Counted from the first letter of the stretch, positions 20,231-28,356 are shown. The stretch: DNA of 63,232 bases from Bacteroidota bacterium (GCA_947447155.1 CANFIN010000004.1:1-63232); one strand, 5' to 3'. Made by a program: numbers and translations. The notes: a model not told the origin generated them from the letters alone.

Positions 20231-20464
20231 TTGAAGATTTGATCCCGCGAATCTTTGCGATAGACGTTTTGAGAATAACATATAAATCCTTTATCGAAAT
20301 CACTCTGAAATAACCACTTTCAATAATATTGGAAATCATGGTTAAAAAATCAAATCGCGAAACCTTGGAATCAACCATCAATACGATGGAGGGATAGCAG
20401 CCCCACCCCGCAGTAAAATTATTTAATCGAAAATAATTACCCGGTTAATAAGCATTTACAAACG

Positions 20465-20548
20465 CTTAAGTTTATTTGTTATCAAGGCTACGGATTTTGG
20501 TTTGAATAAAATTAATTTTCGTTCTCCAAAAACTAATTACCAAACAAC
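20465..20548 (-). repeat. Degenerate third (trpS-proximal) copy of the intergenic conserved block
   Basis: Shares CTTAAgtTTATTTGTTATC..CGGATT..AAATTAA.T..TTTCGTT with the two good copies. Strand inferred from hairpin polarity. Confidence 0.4.
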
Positions 20549-20580
20549 CAATTGAAAATAGTTTGTCTTCTTGATATAAA

Positions 20581-20626
20581 CCTCGGGGCCTCCAGCCCCA
20601 CCGAATCCCGAGAAAACCTCGGGACC
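20581..20626 (-). promoter_or_regulatory. GC-rich island with mutually exclusive hairpins (attenuator- or terminator-like)
   Basis: CCCGAG (20607-12) is complementary to CTCGGG at both 20582-87 and 20618-23. GGGGC (20585-89) and GCCCC (20595-99) form a competing stem. On the minus strand the region is followed by GAGGTTTATAT. Confidence 0.4.
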
Positions 20627-20650
20627 ACTTTAAATTTTCACTAATTGAAA

Positions 20651-20746
20651 AATAACTGCCAAATTCAAATCAATCTTAAATATTTGTTTTTGGATATTTT
20701 AATTTACTCATTCAAATTAAGTCATTTCGTTTTTTAACAAATCGAA
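20651..20746 (-). repeat. Conserved 96-nt intergenic block, copy 2 of 3
   Basis: 16 mismatches and no gaps against 20931-21026 by hand alignment. Contains the conserved inverted-repeat arms CTTAAATATTTG / CAAATTAAG. Confidence 0.7.
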
Positions 20747-20875
20747 CTCAGATTAATTCAACAATTCCTGCAATTAAAAAAACGGGAGGCCGCCTTTTAC
20801 TTTGGCAATGTGAAAATTTGAGACTTATCCTAAAACAGGTTTAAACAACGAAGGCTTGAAATGGACTGACAATTA

Positions 20876-20903
20876 CTATAAAACAGGGGGCCACCTGGCC
20901 CCC
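20876..20903 (-). terminator. Intrinsic terminator, functional only in the minus direction
   Basis: GGGGGCC-ACCT-GGCCCCC is a 7-bp all-GC stem. On the minus strand it is followed by TGTTTTAT. On the plus strand it is followed by TCCCACAA (no U-run). Confidence 0.6.
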
Positions 20904-20930
20904 TCCCACAATAAATTTAATTGTTTTAAA

Positions 20931-21026
20931 AATCACTGCCAAATTTAAATCAATCTTAAATATTTGTTATCGGATTATTCGATTTACTAATTCAAATTAA
21001 GCTATTTATCTTTTTAACAAATCAAG
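20931..21026 (-). repeat. Conserved 96-nt intergenic block, copy 3 of 3 (distal)
   Basis: Direct repeat of 20651-20746, exactly 280 nt away. Confidence 0.7.
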
Positions 21027-21057
21027 CAAGTAAACAAAACAATCCCCTCGCAAAGCC

Positions 21058-21094
21058 TGTTTTTCATTCTTGTTTTTCATTCTTGTTATTCACT
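21058..21094. repeat. 13-nt tandem repeat TGTTTTTCATTCT x2 plus a partial third unit
   Basis: 21058-21070 and 21071-21083 are identical. 21084-21094 (TGTTATTCACT) is degenerate. Overlies the -33 region of the downstream promoter. Confidence 0.8.
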
Positions 21095-21101
21095 ATATTT
21101 G
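21094..21101 (+). promoter_or_regulatory. Candidate -7 box TATATTTG, 4 nt before the GTG at 21106
   Basis: Exact TAnnTTTG. A TTG at 21070-72 lies 21 nt upstream (possible -33). Confidence 0.4.
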
Positions 21102-21105
21102 AACT

Positions 21106-21873
21106 GTGGATTCATTGAAATTTATTGCAAAACGAATTTGGTGCTGTTGGTTTTTTCTGACTGGATTTTTGTTTTTTATACCGCTCTACCCAATTTTCTT
21201 AATCCTATTAAGTAAAGAAAAATGGTTCCCCTATGCATTTCGATTAAAAAAAGTTTGGGCTCATTGGATCATTATCACTTCAGGAATTTCATATAAAATA
21301 ACTTTTGAAGAAGCACTAGATAAAAACCAGGCTTATGTTATTACGCCGAACCATTCTTCCTATCTCGATATTGTTTTAGCCAATATTGCGATTCCCAATT
21401 ATTTTCATTTCATGGGAAAGGCAGAGCTAAAAAGAGTACCACTCTTCAGAATATTCTTTAAAAGGATGAATATCTCCGTTGATAGAAGCAGCCGCAAAGA
21501 TTCATTAAAAGCATTTAAACGCGCCAATAAAGACATAGCTAAAAATATCAGCATTACCATCTTTCCTGAAGCAACCATTCCTGCATTCAGTCCTGAACTA
21601 GGCCGATTTAAAAGTGGTGCATTTCGTTTGGCTATACAAAATCAAATTCCAATTGTGCCTGTTGTGTTTCTTGATAATTGGAAAATATTTCCTGATAATG
21701 CTGGTAGAAGATTTTTAGTTCAACCAGGACTATCAAGAATTTTAGTTTTAAAGCCTATTCCAACAATTGGCTTAACCGAAAACGATGTATCTACATTAGA
21801 ACAAAAAGTATTTCATTTGATAGAAGAAAAACTTATTTCATACAAGGTAATTCCAACAAAGCAGCCACAATAA
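21106..21873 (+). CDS. Lysophospholipid (1-acyl-sn-glycerol-3-phosphate) acyltransferase family protein
   Basis: 255 aa with an N-terminal TM segment, NHSSYLD (H-x4-D) and FPEAT motifs of the PlsC family. GTG start, with no nearby in-frame ATG. Confidence 0.82.
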   Translation: MDSLKFIAKRIWCCWFFLTGFLFFIPLYPIFLILLSKEKWFPYAFRLKKVWAHWIIITSGISYKITFEEALDKNQAYVITPNHSSYLDIVLANIAIPNYFHFMGKAELKRVPLFRIFFKRMNISVDRSSRKDSLKAFKRANKDIAKNISITIFPEATIPAFSPELGRFKSGAFRLAIQNQIPIVPVVFLDNWKIFPDNAGRRFLVQPGLSRILVLKPIPTIGLTENDVSTLEQKVFHLIEEKLISYKVIPTKQPQ

Positions 21874-21908
21874 AAAACCCTGACTAAAAAGCCAGGGTTA
21901 TTTTTTTG
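21874..21908. terminator. Bidirectional intrinsic terminator between convergent genes
   Basis: AACCCTG...CAGGGTT stem flanked by an A-run (5') and a T-run (3'). Confidence 0.6.
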
Positions 21909-21921
21909 CTTTGAATTTCCA

Positions 21922-22356
21922 TTAAGAACTAACAGTATCGCAATGATCTTCAAAAGCAGCCATTAGATTTTCTGCAATCATTTCTGCTGAATGTCCTTCG
22001 ATATGATGACGTTCAATAAAATGAACTAACTGACCATCTTTGAATAATGCAATACATGGAGATGAAGGAGGGTAAGGCAAGGTATATTTTCTTGCTTGCG
22101 CAACAGCATCTAAATCCTGACCAGCAAAAACTGTGTATAAGTGGTCTGGCTTAATTTCACTTCTTTGCAACGCTAACTTTACTCCTGGACGAGCAGCACC
22201 TGCAGCACACCCGCAAACAGAATTCATTACTAATAATAAAGTCCCTTTGCTATTCGGAATAGCAGCATCAACCTGCTGTGGATCTCTTAACTCTGTAAAT
22301 CCTACACCGGTAAGTTCTAAACGCATCGGTGCACATAATTGCTCTGGATATGGCAT
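21922..22356 (-). CDS. Bacilliredoxin BrxA/BrxB family (DUF1094, YphP/YqiW-like thiol-disulfide oxidoreductase)
   Basis: Thioredoxin-like with a CGC motif in ..MNSVCGCAAG..ARPG.. and ..FAGQD. ATG at 22356 chosen (MPYPEQLCAPMR, matching family N-termini). Track start 22383 is TTG. Confidence 0.8.
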   Translation of the reverse strand: MPYPEQLCAPMRLELTGVGFTELRDPQQVDAAIPNSKGTLLLVMNSVCGCAAGAARPGVKLALQRSEIKPDHLYTVFAGQDLDAVAQARKYTLPYPPSSPCIALFKDGQLVHFIERHHIEGHSAEMIAENLMAAFEDHCDTVSS

Positions 22357-22492
22357 AATTTGATTTTTTAATTTATTCAGCAAAGTTATGAAAGCATAAT
22401 TTATAAATGCAAGATTCCTGTAATGAATTGCCTCTTTTTTTTAAATACCTCCTATTCGGTAGCGGTAATATTGTATTATCAAATACAGAATT

Positions 22493-22816
22493 ATGACTAC
22501 TTCGTCTTCACTACCTATTATCAAAATCAATTATAATCATCAGATTATTGATGCTAATCTTAATGCATTACCAATTCTGGCAAATTGGTGTTGTACTAAG
22601 GGAACAAAAATACCCGATGCCATTATTGAAAAACTCACTTCACTGAACATTGCCATGAAAACCAATACAGAAAGAGAGTGCAAGTTAAAATTCGGTGAAA
22701 CAGTAATATCATTCGACATTATTCCGTTTATGGAAGGAGGTTATATTGGATTATATGGCTATAAAGCAGAACATGTGTCTGTAGCCAATTATAGAGGTCT
22801 TCGTGTAGCAGTTTAA
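22493..22816 (+). CDS. Hypothetical 107-aa protein (weak PAS-like pattern)
   Basis: Clean ORF followed by a strong terminator. A beta-alpha-beta pattern (IIKINYNHQIIDANLNA...ISFDIIPFMEGGYIGLYG) loosely recalls a PAS fold. No confident family. Confidence 0.5.
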   Translation: MTTSSSLPIIKINYNHQIIDANLNALPILANWCCTKGTKIPDAIIEKLTSLNIAMKTNTERECKLKFGETVISFDIIPFMEGGYIGLYGYKAEHVSVANYRGLRVAV

Positions 22817-22843
22817 CTGTTAAACGTTTGGTTGGTTTGAAGG

Positions 22844-22877
22844 GAACAGCCGGCAATTTGCCGGTTGTTCTTATTTT
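22844..22877 (+). terminator. Strong intrinsic terminator
   Basis: GAACAGCCGGC-AATTT-GCCGGTTGTTC forms 11 bp including one G-U. Followed by TTATTTTAT. Confidence 0.75.
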
Positions 22878-23018
22878 ATGCCCAAACCCAAAAATGTAAG
22901 ATTGATGTAAGAAAATCATAGTTTTCTTTAAAACAGTTATACAAATCAAGCGTTAAACACCCTGTTTACTTGGATAACCTATATCCTAAGAAAGCTAAAC
23001 TGTACAAAAACTGATTTT

Positions 23019-23456
23019 ATGAATTCGACAAATACGATGCAAAAGGGAGAAAAGAATCAAGACATTCTTAACGAGCGCTATGATAAAGTAATGCTAATTG
23101 ATGATAACTCTATAGATTTATTCATCAATAAATCACTGTTAGAGACCAGTGGCTTTTCGTCTAAAATTCAAACATTTGATTCTGCTCAAAATGCTTTAGT
23201 TCAACTAAGCGTTTGCCCATTAGATGAATTACCGAATGTTATATTTCTTGATATAATGATGCCTATTATGGATGGATTTCAATTCCTTGTTGAATTTGAA
23301 AAACTTCCATCGCAAGTGAAAAATCACTGTAAAATAATTATGCTTTCTACTTCTGAAAGTTTTAAAGATTTAAACAAAGCCAATAGCAATCGCTTCGTAA
23401 AAAAATTTCTAAACAAACCATTGCGTCAAGAAATTATTGATGCAATCAACGTTTAA
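23019..23456 (+). CDS. Stand-alone response regulator (receiver domain only)
   Basis: 145 aa with an acidic pair (LIDDN), phospho-acceptor Asp in FLDIMMP, LSTS and NKP Lys. No output domain and no kinase gene nearby. Confidence 0.85.
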   Translation: MNSTNTMQKGEKNQDILNERYDKVMLIDDNSIDLFINKSLLETSGFSSKIQTFDSAQNALVQLSVCPLDELPNVIFLDIMMPIMDGFQFLVEFEKLPSQVKNHCKIIMLSTSESFKDLNKANSNRFVKKFLNKPLRQEIIDAINV

Positions 23457-23891
23457 CTATCGCTTACCTCGGAAATAATTAACTAGTATTTGACTGCAGT
23501 CATCGCTCAATATTCCTTGTAAATATTCTGTTTGAGGATGAAGCTTTATTCCTTGCGATAAGTAGCCTCTTTTTTCATCTTTTGCTCCCACTACAATCCT
23601 ATCAATTTGCGTCCAGTAAGAAGCACCGCTGCACATTACACAAGGCTCAAGTGTTACGTACAAAGTACAACCTTTCAAGTATTTCCCTCCTAATGCTTCT
23701 GCTGCTGCTGTAAAAGCAATCATCTCTGCATGTGCCGTCACATCATTTAAGCGCTCAACCATATTATGAGCCTTCGCAATAATTCTCCCATTTGCAACTA
23801 TGATTGCCCCAATTGGTACTTCATCTGCAGCTAATGCCTTTTCTGCTTCTGCCAATGCATATCGCATAAAATATTCATCGTCTAAAATCAT
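23457..23891 (-). CDS. tadA: tRNA-specific adenosine deaminase
   Basis: 144 aa with CDA zinc motifs HAEMIA and PCVMCSGA. Confidence 0.92.
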   Translation of the reverse strand: MILDDEYFMRYALAEAEKALAADEVPIGAIIVANGRIIAKAHNMVERLNDVTAHAEMIAFTAAAEALGGKYLKGCTLYVTLEPCVMCSGASYWTQIDRIVVGAKDEKRGYLSQGIKLHPQTEYLQGILSDDCSQILVNYFRGKR

Positions 23892-23994
23892 AGCGTAAAT
23901 TTATCAAAATTTGTCTTTTCAAGTTCTAAACAATGCCTATTGATAAACAATAATTTTTCGTGTTAAAATAAGGTGATTAATTAGCCGTTTAAAT

Positions 23995-24002
23995 TATTTT
24001 TG
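23995..24002 (+). promoter_or_regulatory. Candidate -7 box TATTTTTG, 5 nt before the ATG at 24008
   Basis: Exact TAnnTTTG. Confidence 0.45.
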
Positions 24003-24007
24003 TAGTA

Positions 24008-24469
24008 ATGGCAAAAAAGGTTGTACAGGTTTTAGACTTTGTAACAGAATATGATTTTCTGCTATTAGGAATTTATTCTGCCTACCGCGATTATAAATTA
24101 TGCTTTGAGTTAAACAAAGTATTGGAATTATCTTTTGAAAAGAAAGAGGATTTTGAAATGCAACTTGAAAAGAAAGGATCGTCAGGACAGTTTCCTGTTT
24201 TTTTTGCAGAAAACATTGATGATGAAGAATATTTTGTAATAGGCAACAAAGGAAATAATGGCTTATTTATACCTGAACTAAAACAGGTTGATTATTTCCT
24301 GTTAGTTCGAAACTACAGTCGTTATACAACAACAGATAGTCTAATTGAGAATATTAAACCCATAAAAATTATAAGCAGCGTTATAAAGTACAATCCTGAA
24401 GAATTAAAATCTGGCGACTTGTTTTTATATATCGAAAAAAAAGCTGAGAAAAACACTACACACTCATGA
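24008..24469 (+). CDS. IPExxxVDY family protein (function unknown)
   Basis: 153 aa containing the eponymous IPELKQVDYFLL motif. ATGA overlap with pyk. Confidence 0.7.
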   Translation: MAKKVVQVLDFVTEYDFLLLGIYSAYRDYKLCFELNKVLELSFEKKEDFEMQLEKKGSSGQFPVFFAENIDDEEYFVIGNKGNNGLFIPELKQVDYFLLVRNYSRYTTTDSLIENIKPIKIISSVIKYNPEELKSGDLFLYIEKKAEKNTTHS

Positions 24470-25896
24470 ATAAAGAACCGAACAAAACAAAGATTGTAGC
24501 TACCATTGGACCCGCGTGCATGGATCTTTTCACACTTGAAAGAATGATTCTTTCAGGAGTAAATATTTGTCGTTTGAATGGCTCACATGGTGACCATGCA
24601 ATGATGCAGAAAATAATTGACAACGTACGATTGCTTAATGAAAAGCTGAATACACATATCGCAATTTTATTCGACTTACAAGGACCAAAAATCAGAATTG
24701 GAGATATCCTCGAAGGAAGCTTCACGTTAAACAACGGAAGTGAATTAATTTTAACTCCTCACCAAGTAGAAGGCAACGCAGAACAAGTTTTTATTAAGTA
24801 TCCTCAATTTCACAAGGATGTTAAAGTAGGCGATTTTGTTTTGATTGATGACGGCAAATTAGAATTGCGCATTGAAGAAATATTGTCGGATGAAAGAGTA
24901 AGAACTAAAGTTATTCACGGAGGAATTTTATCATCTCGTAAAGGAGTTAACTTACCGAATACCGAAATTTCATTACCAAGTTTAACTGAAAAAGACAGAG
25001 CAGATTTATTATTTGCACTTGAAAATAATGTTGAATGGATAGGATTATCTTTTGTTCGCAAACCACAAGACGTGATTGAGCTAAAAGAAATTATTAAAGC
25101 ACATAAAAAGAATTCGAAAGTTGTTGCAAAAATAGAAAAACCAACAGCAGTAGACTTTATCGATGATATTATTGAAGTGTCTGATGCTATTATGGTTGCT
25201 CGTGGCGATTTAGGAGTAGAAATGGCGATGGAAAAAGTACCAATGATTCAAAAAATGATTGTTGAGAAAGCAAACAAAAAAGCAAAACCAGTTATCATCG
25301 CAACGCAAATGATGGAAAGTATGATTTCGAATTATCGTCCTACACGTGCCGAAGCAAATGATGTTGCTAATGCAGTTTACGATGGTGCCGATGCGTTAAT
25401 GTTAAGCGGTGAAACATCAGTTGGGAATTTCCCAATTGAAACTGTTCAAGCTATGCACAAGATTATAACGGAAGTTGAAAAGAATGATTCGATTTATTTT
25501 AAATCGTCGCCAATGAATAAGCAATCATTGAACTTCATTCCTGAATCAATTTGCTTGAATGCCTGCGAAATGGCCCGTCATGCTGAAGCTAAAGCAATTA
25601 TTGCAATGACACATAGCGGTATGACCGCATTTAGAATTTCATCACACCGACCAAAGTCGAATATTTATATTTTTACAGATAACAAATCGATATTAAATAC
25701 GCTTAGTTTATTGTGGGGAGTACAAGGTTTTTTTTATGATAAATATGAAAGTACCGACAACACAGTTCATGAAATAAAGGAATATTTAAAATCGAAGAAC
25801 TTAATTGAAGCAGGAGATTATATTATCAATGTTGCAAGCACTCCACTACATGAAAGGGCAACAGCTAACACTATTAAATTAACTTGTATAGACTAA
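24466..25896 (+). CDS. pyk: Pyruvate kinase
   Basis: 476 aa with ..KIVATIGPA.., ..MVARGDLGVE.., ..ATQMMESM.. and ..MLSGETS.G. Confidence 0.95.
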   Translation: MNKEPNKTKIVATIGPACMDLFTLERMILSGVNICRLNGSHGDHAMMQKIIDNVRLLNEKLNTHIAILFDLQGPKIRIGDILEGSFTLNNGSELILTPHQVEGNAEQVFIKYPQFHKDVKVGDFVLIDDGKLELRIEEILSDERVRTKVIHGGILSSRKGVNLPNTEISLPSLTEKDRADLLFALENNVEWIGLSFVRKPQDVIELKEIIKAHKKNSKVVAKIEKPTAVDFIDDIIEVSDAIMVARGDLGVEMAMEKVPMIQKMIVEKANKKAKPVIIATQMMESMISNYRPTRAEANDVANAVYDGADALMLSGETSVGNFPIETVQAMHKIITEVEKNDSIYFKSSPMNKQSLNFIPESICLNACEMARHAEAKAIIAMTHSGMTAFRISSHRPKSNIYIFTDNKSILNTLSLLWGVQGFFYDKYESTDNTVHEIKEYLKSKNLIEAGDYIINVASTPLHERATANTIKLTCID

Positions 25897-25897
25897 T

Positions 25898-26953
25898 ATG
25901 AACTTAGAATCATTAAAGAAAATTTGTGAAATACCTGGAGCACCAGGACATGAACATAGAATACGCGACTATGTAATTACTGAATTAAAAAAATTAAATG
26001 TCGAAATCTCCATTGATAAAATGGGCAATGTGACTGCACTCGTAAAAGGTAAAGAACCGAAACGAGCAATGGCAGCGGCTCATATGGATGAAATCGGATT
26101 CATAGTAACTCATATTGATGAAAAAGGTTTTGTTCGCTTTAATACATTAGGCGGATTTGACCCAAAGACATTAACAGCACAACGCGTAATTGTTCACGGC
26201 AAGAAAGATATTATTGGTGTGATGGGATCAAAACCTATTCACATAATGACGCCAGAAGAAAGAACTAAAACTGCGCAGCTGACAGATTACTTTATTGACT
26301 TAGGTTTGCCCAGAGAAGAAGTAGAAAAGCATATTAGTATAGGCGATGCCGTTACACGTGAAAGAGAATTGATTGAAATGGGCAATTGCGTAAATTGCAA
26401 ATCGATTGATAACCGGATTTCTGTTTATATTCTACTGGAAACATTAAAGCAACTCGACAATACTATTCCTTATGATTTTTATGCAGCATTTACCGTGCAA
26501 GAGGAAGTTGGAATTCGTGGAGCATCAGTAGCTGCTCATCATATTGAACCTGACTTTGCATTCGGATTAGATACTACCATTGCATTTGACACTCCAGGTG
26601 CAAGACCACATGAAATGGTAACAGAACTTGGTAAAGGTGCTGCAATTAAAATCATGGATTCAAGTACCATTTGCGATACGCGCATGATTGCCTTCTTGAA
26701 AAATACTGCTGATAAATACTCGATAAAATGGCAACCGGAAATTCTTCCTGCGGGAGGAACAGACACTGCAGCTCTTCAGCGTAATGGAAAAACAGGCGCT
26801 ATTGCAGGAGCTATTTCAATTCCTACGCGCCACATTCATCAGGTTATAGAAATGGCCGATAAAACAGATATTCAAAACTGCATCGACCTACTTACTAAAG
26901 CCATTCAGGAACTCGACAAACATGATTGGGGAATGGTTGGAAGAATAAATTAA
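25898..26953 (+). CDS. M42-family aminopeptidase (FrvX/YsdC-like)
   Basis: 351 aa with ..IPGAPGHE..., ..AHMDEIGF.. and ..VQEEVG.RGA. Confidence 0.85.
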   Translation: MNLESLKKICEIPGAPGHEHRIRDYVITELKKLNVEISIDKMGNVTALVKGKEPKRAMAAAHMDEIGFIVTHIDEKGFVRFNTLGGFDPKTLTAQRVIVHGKKDIIGVMGSKPIHIMTPEERTKTAQLTDYFIDLGLPREEVEKHISIGDAVTRERELIEMGNCVNCKSIDNRISVYILLETLKQLDNTIPYDFYAAFTVQEEVGIRGASVAAHHIEPDFAFGLDTTIAFDTPGARPHEMVTELGKGAAIKIMDSSTICDTRMIAFLKNTADKYSIKWQPEILPAGGTDTAALQRNGKTGAIAGAISIPTRHIHQVIEMADKTDIQNCIDLLTKAIQELDKHDWGMVGRIN

Positions 26954-26954
26954 A

Positions 26955-26989
26955 ATAAAAAAGGGTTGAAAAATTTCAACCCTTTTTTA
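26955..26989. terminator. Bidirectional intrinsic terminator
   Basis: Perfect 10-bp stem AAGGGTTGAA-AAAT-TTCAACCCTT flanked by A- and T-runs. Confidence 0.75.
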
Positions 26990-28240
26990 TTAGCTATTCG
27001 ATCGTATTGCTTCAACAGGATCTAGACGCGAAGCCTGATAAGCAGGGACTAATCCTGATATAACACCGACTATAACGGATACGGATAACCCCAAAACAAT
27101 ATTAGACAAACTTAATGGTAAATTTAATCCTGCATACTTACCAGCTAATGTCCCTAAATAAACTAGCAACAAACCGATAAGCCCACCTAACAAGCAAAGA
27201 AATACTGATTCTGCAAGAAATTGAAAAAGTATAAAAAAGTTTTTTGCTCCTAATGATTTTTGAATTCCGATAATGGTTGTTCTTTCCTTCACTGATACGA
27301 ACATAATATTAGCAATACCAAAGCCTCCAACTAGAATACTAAAGCTCCCTATAATCCAACCGGCTTTTGTAAGCATCGCAAATAAACTATTCAGCTGATT
27401 AGAAATAAGCTTTGTTTCATTCAAAGCAAAGTTATCTTCTTCTGCAGGGCGCAAGCGACGAATAGCGCGTAGATTACCTCTTAGCTCATCAATCAGTTGG
27501 CTGTTCGGTATTCCTGCTTGGCCTTTCACCATAATTCGTGGTTCTAGGTTATCACTGCTGATATCTAAAAATCTTCTTGCAAAATTTACAGGCACCATCA
27601 CCATTTTATCTTTCGAATTGCCTAGCATACTCTCTCCTTCTTTCACAAATACTCCAATGATATAGAATTTCCTTCCTTTAACAATAATACTTTTTCCTAT
27701 GGGGTCTGTTCCTGGCAATAGTGTGGTTGCCACACTAGCACCGATGATAGCAACAGGAGAACCTGCTGATGATTCATTCTCGGTAAAATATCTTCCGTCT
27801 GATAAATTAATTGTATACAACCTTTCATAATCATGAGAGACCATATTTACTGTTGCGCTTTCAACTGAATTCTTTCCCGACTTAACCGTAACATCATTGG
27901 CAGTTGCACTAAAGGCAAAGCTTTCGCCTATGGCGCTACGTTGTTTCAGCAATTCCATTTCTTTGTAATTAGCTGTTGGACGAACCCAGTATTTCCACCA
28001 TGGAAAATCTTTCCCAAACTCCCAAGGCCATTTCTCAACAAACACCACATTACTTCCCATCTCATCCACACTACTTCGTATTTTATTTTCTAGACCATCT
28101 ACAGCTGTAAACACCGCAATAATGGCAAAGATTCCAATGGTAACACCTAAAAGCGAAAGAATAGTACGCAGCTTATTCACCACCAATGCATGAATGGCCA
28201 TGAGCACGCTCTCACGTAAAAGTCGTAGGTAAATTTTCAT
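26990..28240 (-). CDS. ABC transporter permease, MacB/FtsX-like
   Basis: N-terminal TM, large periplasmic MacB_PCD-like domain and a C-terminal FtsX-type 3-TM bundle. The ATG at 28240 is supported by a -7 box 5 nt upstream. Confidence 0.85.
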   Translation of the reverse strand: MKIYLRLLRESVLMAIHALVVNKLRTILSLLGVTIGIFAIIAVFTAVDGLENKIRSSVDEMGSNVVFVEKWPWEFGKDFPWWKYWVRPTANYKEMELLKQRSAIGESFAFSATANDVTVKSGKNSVESATVNMVSHDYERLYTINLSDGRYFTENESSAGSPVAIIGASVATTLLPGTDPIGKSIIVKGRKFYIIGVFVKEGESMLGNSKDKMVMVPVNFARRFLDISSDNLEPRIMVKGQAGIPNSQLIDELRGNLRAIRRLRPAEEDNFALNETKLISNQLNSLFAMLTKAGWIIGSFSILVGGFGIANIMFVSVKERTTIIGIQKSLGAKNFFILFQFLAESVFLCLLGGLIGLLLVYLGTLAGKYAGLNLPLSLSNIVLGLSVSVIVGVISGLVPAYQASRLDPVEAIRSNS

Positions 28241-28245
28241 TGGGT

Positions 28246-28253
28246 CAAAGGTA
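28246..28253 (-). promoter_or_regulatory. Candidate -7 box TACCTTTG, 5 nt before the ATG at 28240
   Basis: Exact TAnnTTTG on the minus strand. Spacer ACCCA. Confidence 0.45.
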
Positions 28254-28295
28254 CGATAGTTTGAGTAGTAAATAACAAGAATCATTTGTATACCA

Positions 28296-28328
28296 CAAAA
28301 AAATCCCCGCTCGCGCAGGGATTTTTTA
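28296..28328 (-). terminator. Intrinsic terminator after the SPFH gene
   Basis: AAATCCC..GC-TCGC-GC..GGGATTT hairpin with flanking A/T runs. Confidence 0.6.
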
Positions 28329-28356
28329 TTTACTCGATAAAATTATTTTTTAACTT

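Noticed and set aside
20444-20660. T-box riboswitch or Trp-codon leader peptide controlling trpS
   Set aside because: I looked on the minus strand for a T-box core (AGGGUGGNACCGCG-like), a specifier loop or a short ORF with tandem UGG. One frame does read ..KWSRGFLGIRWGWRPRG.. across the GC island. It has no ATG/GTG/TTG start after the preceding TGA, and no T-box consensus is present. The GC hairpins also lie about 400 nt from the trpS AUG, unlike known attenuators.
20187-21105. Chromosomal replication origin (AT-rich region, repeats, DnaA boxes)
   Set aside because: Only loose 7/9 matches to TTATCCACA are present (for example TTATCCTAA near 20824 and TGTGGATTC at 21104). There is no cluster of good boxes, no dnaA or dnaN nearby, and the repeats are direct 96-nt blocks rather than 13-mer DUE-type repeats.
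22728-22949. 73-aa minus-strand ORF between the 107-aa gene and the response regulator
   Set aside because: It overlaps the 3' end of the plus-strand ORF and reads straight through the strong 22844-22877 terminator hairpin. No motifs are present.
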